From positions 2,684,730-2,748,729 of the forward strand of contig OZ252241.1 in NCBI GenBank assembly GCA_965249535.1: a DNA stretch of 64,000 bases, in the 5' to 3' direction. The notes under the pieces are model-generated. The model worked only from the letters and a program-made list of their open reading frames with translations, made no database searches and was not told the origin of the DNA. The position numbers and the translations under genes were made by a program. Shown here piece after piece: positions 55,433 to 63,734 of the stretch. The stretch is from Vicinamibacterales bacterium (GTDB taxonomy: Bacteria > Acidobacteriota > Vicinamibacteria > Vicinamibacterales > G965249535). Each line of letters opens with the position of its first letter. Position 1 is the first letter of the stretch.

Positions 55433-56461
55433 ATGAAGATGTTTCTTGGTAGGTACGTACTACTGGAGTTTTGTATCCTTTTGATTAGTTTAACTATTGC
55501 GGGCTGCGATAAGTCTTCTCCGACGGCTCCGTCACCGGTTGTTCGGGTGGAAGGACCTGGCTTCTTAACCCAACTAAGTTGTCCAGCTGATGTCACACTG
55601 ACGTCCGACAACGGCCCGATGGTTGTGACGTTCTCTCAGCCGACACTTAGTGACGAAACCGAGGTGACGAAGAGTTCTTGTGATCCGGCTTCAGGATCGG
55701 TATTTCCTTTCGGTGTTTCGCAGGTGATCTGTTCTGTAACTGACGCGGAAACCGTGGCAACTAGCTGCGCGTTCTCAGTAATGGTTTTACCACCAGGTAT
55801 GCTAGGTGAGACCAAATTTGTGGCATTTGGCGACAGCATCACAAAAGGAGTTCTCGGTTTAACGTTTATGGATTTAGTGAATCCAGAAAACTCGTATCCC
55901 ACACAGCTTGAATACATGCTTAGGGATATGTACCCCGACCAGACTATTACGATGGTCAACGCAGGGAGAGGTGGAGAGACCTCATCTGAGGGGAGATCAA
56001 GAATCTCGCAAGTGTTGAGCAAGCATAATCCAGGCGTTTTGATGGTTCTTGAAGGCATCAATAATCTGTTAGTGATTGGCGCTCCGCAGGCGGCACAGGA
56101 TCTTAGGTCCATTGCTCAAAGAGGAAAGGCCAGGGGAGCGGAAGTGTTACTTGCAACCTTGACGCCAATTGGTGATAAGAAAGAAAAGAAGCGCCCAGGG
56201 TTAAGAGATACGGTCAGAGACTTAAATCGTGAGATTCGTCAAATTGCACGGCAATTGGGCATTGGTCCAGCTGTGGATCTTTTTCAAGCTTTCGAAGGTA
56301 ATCCGTCGCTACTTGGCGATGACGGGGTGCACCCAACGGTCGAAGGGTACTATGTGATGGCTGAGGAGTTTTTCCACGCCATCGTATCAAGGGTTGAGAT
56401 TAGCCGAGGGCAATCGTCTCCGTTTGGGTTGTTTTCACCGCCTGTGTTCGCTCCTGAGTAA
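55433..56461 (+). CDS. Lipoprotein with N-terminal HYR-like Ig domain fused to an SGNH/GDSL hydrolase
   Basis: ATG 55433 gives a lipobox LTIAGC. The HYR-like pattern is CPADVTLTSDNGPMVVTFSQPTLSD...CDPASGSVFPFGVSQVICSVTD...CAFSV. SGNH block I is FVAFGDSITKG and block V is DGVHPT. Confidence 0.75.
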   Translation: MKMFLGRYVLLEFCILLISLTIAGCDKSSPTAPSPVVRVEGPGFLTQLSCPADVTLTSDNGPMVVTFSQPTLSDETEVTKSSCDPASGSVFPFGVSQVICSVTDAETVATSCAFSVMVLPPGMLGETKFVAFGDSITKGVLGLTFMDLVNPENSYPTQLEYMLRDMYPDQTITMVNAGRGGETSSEGRSRISQVLSKHNPGVLMVLEGINNLLVIGAPQAAQDLRSIAQRGKARGAEVLLATLTPIGDKKEKKRPGLRDTVRDLNREIRQIARQLGIGPAVDLFQAFEGNPSLLGDDGVHPTVEGYYVMAEEFFHAIVSRVEISRGQSSPFGLFSPPVFAPE

Positions 56462-56464
56462 TTT

Positions 56465-57886
56465 TTATTGAATGTAACCGAGTGTACGGAGATTGTCCAA
56501 CGCTTCTTTACTGAGTGCATCGTAACGTTCAGAAGAGTCTCGAGTGGCCGTACGCTGAATAGAACGCCTACTCCTCAGTAGTTGTAAGAGTTCGTTAGCC
56601 CGTGCTGGTTCGTCGGCGTAAAGATTAAAGGATTCCTCCGGATCACTCGCTAGATTGTACAACTGGAAGCGACTCTCGCGACTCTTGTTTGAGTCTCCGG
56701 TTCTTGAGATCAGCTTCCAATCACCAGACCTTATGCCCCAGTACCGGCGACTAGCAAAGAAGATATAAGGTCTATGGTTTGGTATTTCACCACGGTGCGT
56801 TGATTCGAGTGACTGACCTGCCAAAGGGTAAGCAGCACGGTCGCTATCAAAGCGTGGATCCTGAATGCCCACCATTTCGAGGATGGTCGGTGTTATATCA
56901 ATCAGTCCAACTGGTGTCGTGATTCTCTTTGGGGTAGGTTCCTTGTTTGCCGCAGTCACTATTAAAGGTACCCGAACGTGGGGTTCAGAGATAGTGGGAC
57001 CGTGTTTGAAATAAACATCACCTTCTCCAAGACCTTCTCCATGGTCAGACGTAATGATGATCAAAGTGTTATCCAAGGCTACTCTATTTTTCAACACGCT
57101 TAGTACTTTTCCGATCTCATTATCGGTGAATGCGACCTCACCATCGTACTGGGCGATGTAGTAGGCAAGGCGATGCTCTCCCTTGATGTATACACCTGGT
57201 CGAATTCCACCAATGTATCCAGATGTTTGTGGTAGTCGAACAGTGTCATCGAAGTATGCGTCGTTCATGAATTCCGCAGCAAATGTCTCTGGTGGACTGT
57301 AAGGTCCATGCGGGTTGACGTAGTGGAGCCACATGAAGAAACGTTCATTGGTCTCAGCAAAATTTTCAAGGTGTTCAACGGCGGTTTCAGTGATTAGGTG
57401 AGTTCGATCTATTTCATTGTCTTTCTCTTCCCAGGTTTCACGATAGACTTGAAATCCTTGCCCGTAGCCAAGCTCTTCTGAAAGGTTTGCGTTATCAACA
57501 GCGGCCACAGTTGTCCAACCCTGTTCGGCCAAGAGTTCCGCGACTGTATCCATCTCGTCTGGGACTGACCATCTCCTAATCCGCTGAGTGAACATCCCTG
57601 TGAGCATTGATGCAACACTAGGACCTGTTCTAGGGATTGGTGCGTAGGCTGCTTCGAAAACCCAGCTTGTTTTAGCAAGTTTGTCTATGTTTGGTGATGT
57701 TTCACGCAAATAGCCATAAGTACCAAGATGATCTGGACGCAGTGCGTCAATTGAAATTAATACCACGTTCTTGATCAGGGGCTGGGCATTGTCTAGCTCG
57801 AGTTCTCGTGATTCGTCTGAAACAGTACAATCAGTCTGAAGAACTAGGGAAAGTGTCAATATCAAAAGGGGATGTAGATATTTCAT
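56465..57886 (-). CDS. Alkaline-phosphatase-superfamily 'sulfatase-like' enzyme with Thr at the nucleophile position (paralog of 31022..32671)
   Basis: Signal peptide present. It has VVLISIDALRPDHLG and TSPNIDKLAKTSWVF. The nucleophile region reads YAPIPRTGPSVASMLTG. SDHGEGLGE is present and the protein ends LRTLGYIQ. Its start overlaps the CotH stop by 4 nt. Confidence 0.8.
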   Translation of the reverse strand: MKYLHPLLILTLSLVLQTDCTVSDESRELELDNAQPLIKNVVLISIDALRPDHLGTYGYLRETSPNIDKLAKTSWVFEAAYAPIPRTGPSVASMLTGMFTQRIRRWSVPDEMDTVAELLAEQGWTTVAAVDNANLSEELGYGQGFQVYRETWEEKDNEIDRTHLITETAVEHLENFAETNERFFMWLHYVNPHGPYSPPETFAAEFMNDAYFDDTVRLPQTSGYIGGIRPGVYIKGEHRLAYYIAQYDGEVAFTDNEIGKVLSVLKNRVALDNTLIIITSDHGEGLGEGDVYFKHGPTISEPHVRVPLIVTAANKEPTPKRITTPVGLIDITPTILEMVGIQDPRFDSDRAAYPLAGQSLESTHRGEIPNHRPYIFFASRRYWGIRSGDWKLISRTGDSNKSRESRFQLYNLASDPEESFNLYADEPARANELLQLLRSRRSIQRTATRDSSERYDALSKEALDNLRTLGYIQ

Positions 57887-59451
57887 GACGATGCTTCTCT
57901 TATAGAGAGACTGACACGATTGTTCTTGGGTGAATCAGCGATAGATGGTTCGAGTTGAACAGCAGGTGCTGTTTTATCAGATAGAAATACCGCTTTGATC
58001 ACTGTTTTCGATCTTATTCGATGATGTAGGCGTGAAGCCGTGACAACGTGGTCATTAACTACCCAGTGCGAGAAATCATGCCTTTCTTTTGTAAGTTCAA
58101 CAGTGATTCCCATGCCACTGAAGTAAGACCCTGAAAAACCTGCCGGCTCTGAGTAGCCGTCGATAGAAAAGACGACACCAGGGGGACCTTCTACCTGACA
58201 TAGATAACTAGGTCCAGCCTTGACGTAGCGTGCAAGGAGTGTCCGCACTCTGTCTGGTCTCATTTTGAGAAACTGTTCAAGGTTCTTGAGATAGTCAACT
58301 TGTTGAACGCCGTATCGTTCTGCTACTCGTTGGTAGTAATCGAATCGAGCTTTGAGAAACGACGACGTGACCTTGTGATTTAATGCGTCCACAAACATTC
58401 GCATCAAGTAACGGCCAAAGTCAGGATCTTCTGAGAGCAGACGAGTTATGATTTGTGACTCTATTGGGCGTCGACCTAGAGTGGTCCTAAAGGTATTGTG
58501 CTGCCAGGGTTCTCTGGATTGCCGGTAAACGTCCATAAAGCTATGGTCCATATCCCAGTTGACTAAGAACCAACGGGCATCTGAACGAGTGTTGTCAAGA
58601 AACATCAACGCTTGGAAGGGATCAGTTGTTGCGCAGAAGACAATCGAAATAAACCAACGTGTCAGATTCTCAAGATCAAAAATCTTGTCCACATCAGCCA
58701 TCGTAAGGGGAGAGATGTTTCTTACGGTACGGTGCAACTGTCTTCTTATTTTTCGATCTTGTAAAAGGAAATCATCATGTCCATATCTAGTCTTTAGAAA
58801 CTCTTTGCGGACGTGTTCGGTGAGAACATAGACACCCTGATACTGTCCGTTCAAGAAAAATCTGACCGGTTGTGTGTATGGTGTAATACCACCGAATTGC
58901 CGAGCGATCTCGTATGCCAAGGGATTTACAAGATGCCACCATTGTTTTGTTCCATCCTGACGAAGATCATTGTGCACGACCAGTCGGGTGATGGGATCGC
59001 TTTTGCCCTCAAACAGTACGCCTGGCATGAACTGACGCGGACTATAGTCTTTTCTGAAATATAGTCGGAAGCTTTGCACAGGAGAACCAATTCGGCTCTT
59101 ACCTCCATGAATTCGTAGACCCGCACTGCCAGCGAAGATTAACCGACCACGATCGAAATAAGACACTGTGGTCGGATTTTCCCACTGACGTCCCTTGTTC
59201 ATTGGATTGGCAAGGATTCCAGTTTCTGGATTGTTGAGTTGTTCCACCGGAGTGTACACGGAAAGTAACGACCCATCTTTCAAGATTTCTTCTTCTGGAA
59301 TTACCAGACTACTTGGCAAGCGAGCCGGAGTACGTTGCACAGCGATTTGCAGACCGGCCAAAGGGCTCACTCGTTCGAAGACGAGCCCAACAGCGAGCAA
59401 CAGGGTAGGAACACCGATTAGAAGGAAGATTCTCAGTCGATTTCTCGACAT
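57883..59451 (-). CDS. CotH-family atypical kinase-like protein, N-terminally membrane-anchored
   Basis: 522 aa. MSRNRLRIFLLIGVPTLLLAVGLVF forms a signal anchor. CotH-like blocks include LRIHGGKSRIGSPVQSFRLYF, NPLAYEIARQFGGITPYTQPVRFFLNGQYQGVYVLTEHV and FLVNWDMDHSF. Confidence 0.75.
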   Translation of the reverse strand: MSRNRLRIFLLIGVPTLLLAVGLVFERVSPLAGLQIAVQRTPARLPSSLVIPEEEILKDGSLLSVYTPVEQLNNPETGILANPMNKGRQWENPTTVSYFDRGRLIFAGSAGLRIHGGKSRIGSPVQSFRLYFRKDYSPRQFMPGVLFEGKSDPITRLVVHNDLRQDGTKQWWHLVNPLAYEIARQFGGITPYTQPVRFFLNGQYQGVYVLTEHVRKEFLKTRYGHDDFLLQDRKIRRQLHRTVRNISPLTMADVDKIFDLENLTRWFISIVFCATTDPFQALMFLDNTRSDARWFLVNWDMDHSFMDVYRQSREPWQHNTFRTTLGRRPIESQIITRLLSEDPDFGRYLMRMFVDALNHKVTSSFLKARFDYYQRVAERYGVQQVDYLKNLEQFLKMRPDRVRTLLARYVKAGPSYLCQVEGPPGVVFSIDGYSEPAGFSGSYFSGMGITVELTKERHDFSHWVVNDHVVTASRLHHRIRSKTVIKAVFLSDKTAPAVQLEPSIADSPKNNRVSLSIREASS

Positions 59452-59458
59452 AGCAGGT

Positions 59459-60166
59459 TTAAATTGGTACCGACCGGTTAAAGAAAATGTTAGTGGTAGA
59501 GCCTTCGTATTTCTTGTCCAGCTCTGCTTGTAGACTCAGCAAGACATCAGGAGAAGATGAGCGAAATGCGTATGAAATCACACTGGAGTCTTCATTTCTT
59601 GAGAGGCTCTCAAGGCGCCCTTTTTTGATTCGAACATTTAGGAGTTCGGTTATCTCTCGGCTGAGCAGGTCGTTTTTACGATGTGGAAACGACACAATCA
59701 CCAGTCCCCCATCTCTGGGTCCAGCCAGAACACTCGTAGCGAGCTGTTGAGCGAATAACGCGACAACAGCAATCATCAGCAGGAGCGCGAGGAACGCTAG
59801 TTTGAATGTGGCACAGGCAAGAGCTGAGGCGATCACGAGCATGATGAAACCGATTTCCTCTGGTTCTTTGATCGGTGTCCTAAAGCGCACGATAGATAAT
59901 GCGCCTAGCAACCCAAGTGATAAAGGGAGAGAGAATTGAATGGCGATAAAAATTGCAGTAATGGAAATTCCAAGGAGAGGAAAGGCCCGATGTGCTTCGC
60001 TACCAGTCGAGTGGCTTGAATAAAAGTAGCGATATAGCCAGGCAATAAACAGTGAACTCGCCAGGGACAACAGTAGGAGTAAAAAAAGTCCACCCAGTCC
60101 GACCTCGCTCATACCCTGAAGACCACGACCGGATAAGATTCTAAAAACGTTGTCTAGTTCTTGCAT
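59459..60166 (-). CDS. DUF4956-family polytopic membrane protein
   Basis: 235 aa with four to five TM helices and the hallmark LGALSIVRFRTPIKEPEEIGFI. A C-terminal soluble domain of about 90 aa follows. Confidence 0.75.
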   Translation of the reverse strand: MQELDNVFRILSGRGLQGMSEVGLGGLFLLLLLSLASSLFIAWLYRYFYSSHSTGSEAHRAFPLLGISITAIFIAIQFSLPLSLGLLGALSIVRFRTPIKEPEEIGFIMLVIASALACATFKLAFLALLLMIAVVALFAQQLATSVLAGPRDGGLVIVSFPHRKNDLLSREITELLNVRIKKGRLESLSRNEDSSVISYAFRSSSPDVLLSLQAELDKKYEGSTTNIFFNRSVPI

Positions 60167-60195
60167 TTCTGGTTATCCTGGACAAGGGTGCGTTT

Positions 60196-60915
60196 CTAGT
60201 TAGCAATTGTAACCGTGTGATCATAGCAGGCGAAGTACTTGGAAAACGACGTTTTCCGTCCGCCCAAATCAATTAGGTTTCGTAACATCTGTGGCAATCC
60301 GACAACATTACCCTTCACCTCAACTACCGCGGTACTTAATTGAAGAGGATTTGGTGCAAGGAGAACCTCTCGGTTAACGATCGGGGCTGAGATATTGGAA
60401 TCGAGGCACACTCTCAGGTTTGTAAGAGTTTCAATAAATCGATTCCGCCGATAACGAACGAGAAGTACCGGGCGGATGAGACTCGGTACCGATATTCCCT
60501 CCTCGCGTAGGCGTAAAGGAATTTGTCGAAGCGTGGAGTGATGGAGTGGAGTTCTCGTTAACCAGTCACCGGAGTACGGAGTTTCGATACGCACTTTGTG
60601 ACGACGCTGACCGATCCGAAACTTTGCCTCAAGAAAGGAGCTGTTTACTGAGTTATTCTGACCTTCGTACCATCTGAGCCGGATCTTAATTTTCAAGTAG
60701 TCACTGTCTATCTTTTCTCGCAAGCAGTCTAACGCCGGTGTATCGTAGTAGATGCTATAAACGAGACCAGTAGGGAAGCCGGGATCAGGGATACAGATGG
60801 TCTGAAGCCATTTGTGGGCAGCTGTAACGTCACGACCATCGAGCGTAAACTTGATTTCGCGGTCGAATTCCTGTCTTGAGGAAAAACCCAGAGTTTTTTC
60901 TGACAGTGCGCTCAT
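60196..60915 (-). CDS. VTC-domain (triphosphate-tunnel / polyphosphate-polymerase-like) protein
   Basis: Start taken at MSALSEK. The alternating basic/acidic beta-strand pattern of tunnel enzymes is present: EIKFTL, SIYYDT, KIKIRLRWY, FLEAKFR, VRYRRNRF, RVCLDSNI, VVEVKG and SFSKYF. No TM helix or signal peptide. Confidence 0.75.
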   Translation of the reverse strand: MSALSEKTLGFSSRQEFDREIKFTLDGRDVTAAHKWLQTICIPDPGFPTGLVYSIYYDTPALDCLREKIDSDYLKIKIRLRWYEGQNNSVNSSFLEAKFRIGQRRHKVRIETPYSGDWLTRTPLHHSTLRQIPLRLREEGISVPSLIRPVLLVRYRRNRFIETLTNLRVCLDSNISAPIVNREVLLAPNPLQLSTAVVEVKGNVVGLPQMLRNLIDLGGRKTSFSKYFACYDHTVTIAN

Positions 60916-61063
60916 TGTTGCTATCACAATAACACTATAATACCCTCTGATACACGCAACTATCACAAGAGAATTCTTCTGGACACTGGGTTCACTAGGT
61001 AAGTTCTTGCCATCGATGAGCCATTTCGTTCTTCTCTCATCGACATCGCAGTCGCGGCATCAG

Positions 61064-62623
61064 CTAACTGTTTACGTCGTAATAAAGGTTAAGATTGAAC
61101 GCGTCACTGTTCATTACAAGTCGTTGCCCCTCGAGTTCTTGGTGTTCATCATAGGCTTCAAGAGCGAGGCGAAGGAGAGAACCCTTTTCTCTGTCGGCCG
61201 TGGTCAGCACTTGTCCATTACGAATAACCCAGTGCGCAACTAGAATTTTCTTTTCCTGGTAAACACCTTCGAGAACATTTACAACTTCATACTCGTTTAC
61301 AAGAAGAGCTTGTCGGTATGGTGCGATTGATCGCGGTGTAGGAATTTGAGTGTTTTCAAGTAGTCGTGCCTCCATGACGATCCGTTTGACTGGCTGGCTG
61401 TTTTTTTGTGTCGCATTTAATCCAAGAGATTGTGGACCAAATCGCCTTGCCATCACTGTTGGTGGGCGGGCACTTGGATCAATCCAGGCGTCAGGGAAAA
61501 AATCAGCATGTTCATTGCGTGTGACCTGTACCCATTCTTCGACGGCGGTAAAGTCTGAAGTGAATCGTCCCAGATAGATCTCCACTTGACGTCCCCCGCC
61601 ACGGATTTTATTGGCTTTCCGTCCAACGGTGTACGGTCCTGTCATTACGAGGAATCGCGGGTCATTAGTCCACTTTGGGTGATAAACTTCGTAGCCGTTG
61701 ATCCCGGGAGCTGAATTGATGTTAACTTTCCATCGGGTGTTACGGGCGACGTCAACTATGGTGAGATGGCGGTGCGAACCATCAAAGTACCAAAAGAGAT
61801 TACTATCGTCACCAGCAAGGGCAGTCCAACATCCACGACCTAATCGCTTCCATGGGCCGTTTGGTAGTTCGGCAATGCCTGCTCGCGGCCATGGGAACAG
61901 GCCGCCTGCTAGGTGTCCATCCGCCGAAAGTTGAAAGCTGTTGGCATCCACAGGCCTTTTGTCCCAAACTATTTGTCTGTCCTCCTGTGGTCGATCGATT
62001 TGGTACCTTGCTATGACTTGGTAGGCTGGTGGCTTGTTCTTAGCTTTAGGTCTGGGATCTGAGCCGACATAAACCCATTCGATTTTTGTATTGGGATCAA
62101 TCCAAACGGCGAGTGCGAATCCATTGGTCAATCGTCGTAAACCAGTCCCATCCCAGTTTACGATGGACACAGTGTTATGAGTTCGATCTGTGAATACTAC
62201 GCGATTTCCCGTAGGAGTGATTAACGGTTTTGCATAGTTCGCCGGTTTCGGTAGGATAGCACGCTCAGTCTGGCCATCGTACGAATCGTACCCCATCACG
62301 ATAAGTTTATTGCCCTTGCTAGTGATATCTCTTCCATCACCGACGTCCTGAGTCCAGACCACGCGAGTACGGACTCCAGTAAGGGTTCCCACTGGTTCAT
62401 GATCACCTGATGGTGTCGTGTTAAGAGGCAGTGTTTGGTTTGGCTTCCCGTGTTCGTGCGTAAGGTGGCGCGCTTCAGAATTTTCCTGCTGCTGTGTTTC
62501 AATTTTAGTAGATGAGCTGACCGTTTTATTTTCTTGAGGGGTTTCAAAGGATCCGCATGCGTAAGTTATCAGGCATAATGCAGTAGGGAATAGCCGCAAC
62601 GTGTGAAGTAGAGGGCGTGTCAT
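61064..62623 (-). CDS. Hypothetical lipoprotein, beta-propeller-like
   Basis: 519 aa. The lipobox-like LITYACG is followed by a low-complexity linker. Repeated beta-rich segments (LITPTGNRVVFTD, QLSADGHLAGG, VYHPKWTNDPRFLVMTG) are reminiscent of TolB/PD40-type blades. The family assignment is not secure. Confidence 0.55.
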   Translation of the reverse strand: MTRPLLHTLRLFPTALCLITYACGSFETPQENKTVSSSTKIETQQQENSEARHLTHEHGKPNQTLPLNTTPSGDHEPVGTLTGVRTRVVWTQDVGDGRDITSKGNKLIVMGYDSYDGQTERAILPKPANYAKPLITPTGNRVVFTDRTHNTVSIVNWDGTGLRRLTNGFALAVWIDPNTKIEWVYVGSDPRPKAKNKPPAYQVIARYQIDRPQEDRQIVWDKRPVDANSFQLSADGHLAGGLFPWPRAGIAELPNGPWKRLGRGCWTALAGDDSNLFWYFDGSHRHLTIVDVARNTRWKVNINSAPGINGYEVYHPKWTNDPRFLVMTGPYTVGRKANKIRGGGRQVEIYLGRFTSDFTAVEEWVQVTRNEHADFFPDAWIDPSARPPTVMARRFGPQSLGLNATQKNSQPVKRIVMEARLLENTQIPTPRSIAPYRQALLVNEYEVVNVLEGVYQEKKILVAHWVIRNGQVLTTADREKGSLLRLALEAYDEHQELEGQRLVMNSDAFNLNLYYDVNS

Positions 62624-62642
62624 GTTGGGATGTCTGGTGAAG

Positions 62643-63194
62643 CTATGGATCTCTGAGTACTATGTCAATTTCTCTAATGACTTTGCGCACCATCTCAGAT
62701 AGTCCCTTCGCCAAGTTTCGTGCTGAGATGTAGTCGCTCTGACTGAGTGCAGTGTGAGCTTCATGCATTGCAGCTTCTACGGCACTACGGGTCATTCGAC
62801 TTTGCGCCATTTGGCGTACAGGGATCCTGGCAGCCTGAGCCGCCACGAGTCTCCGGTCGAGTTCTTCAAGCTCAAGAGCGGCAGCGTCGAGAATTTGTTC
62901 CACTTCACGTCGAACCAGTACCTTTTGCTTGGCAGCCTGCTCAACGGACTTCTGTGCCTCTTCACGTGCTTGCAGTGCGTAGTTCAAGCCTAGCCGGTAG
63001 TCTGTGTTTTCAACTGCCTTTTTAGCGTTCTCAAGAATTGCAATGGCCGCAGCATACTCGTCTGGTGCGTATTGGTCGGCACCGGCTCTCCCGGCGGCAT
63101 CGATAGCGTCCTGGGCCTGGTTCATCTCTTTCGTTGGAGGTGTAGCACATCCGATGAAACAGAGCACGAATGTGAAGGTCAAAAAGCCATACAT
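62643..63194 (-). CDS. DUF4398-like helical lipoprotein
   Basis: ATG 63194 gives MYGFLTFTFVLCFIGC (lipobox). It continues MNQAQDAIDAAGRAGADQYAPDEYAAAIAILENAKKAV, typical of DUF4398 helical repeats. Confidence 0.65.
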   Translation of the reverse strand: MYGFLTFTFVLCFIGCATPPTKEMNQAQDAIDAAGRAGADQYAPDEYAAAIAILENAKKAVENTDYRLGLNYALQAREEAQKSVEQAAKQKVLVRREVEQILDAAALELEELDRRLVAAQAARIPVRQMAQSRMTRSAVEAAMHEAHTALSQSDYISARNLAKGLSEMVRKVIREIDIVLRDP

Positions 63195-63734
63195 GGTGCG
63201 TGAACTAAAGTGCGTGGGAGAGAGTATACGCGAGTTCTGCGCTTCTGAGCAGACGATAGCTTGTAGTGTCACTAGAGCAGGAATCATAGAGCTAAACAAA
63301 AGTATTTAGGCACCGTATTACAACAGAGTATATGTGTATTCTATATTTCTCATGCAGGATGACACAAAGTTAAACTCAAGAGAATATGCAGTTCAGATCT
63401 AAACATGGCTTAGGAAGGAATTTGTGGGGCGACCGACGGAGCAAGTAACCAAAGGGAATACTAGGTGCTGGACAATTGATGTGCAATATATTTCGAAAAA
63501 TCTGAAGTTGTAATTCCATTAAGAGCCCATGAAATCTGGCTAAGTGTCAGATGATGAGCGGGAAGAGCAACTCTCTGCAGCGAGTCTGTTGCTTATGGTA
63601 CGATTAAACGTTGCGTCACAAACGACTGGCCATACGAAACATTAAATAGTTTGGATACTGTTCGTGTGTCATGAAGCGCGGGTGAAGTCTAGCCGAATAT
63701 AGGGTGTTGATCACCGAACAAGGTTTTATCAACT

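Noticed and set aside
63300-63734. A 430-nt ORF-free region upstream of larC, which might hold a riboswitch, an sRNA or a small peptide. One candidate is AGGAAGG + GTG near 63405-63420 followed by about 28 codons, and another is a hairpin AGCAAC...GTTGCT near 63570-63600.
   Set aside because: I recognise no known RNA-family consensus, and the hairpin and mini-ORF are within what chance produces. It is not supportable without covariance-model searches (Rfam/Infernal) or transcript data.
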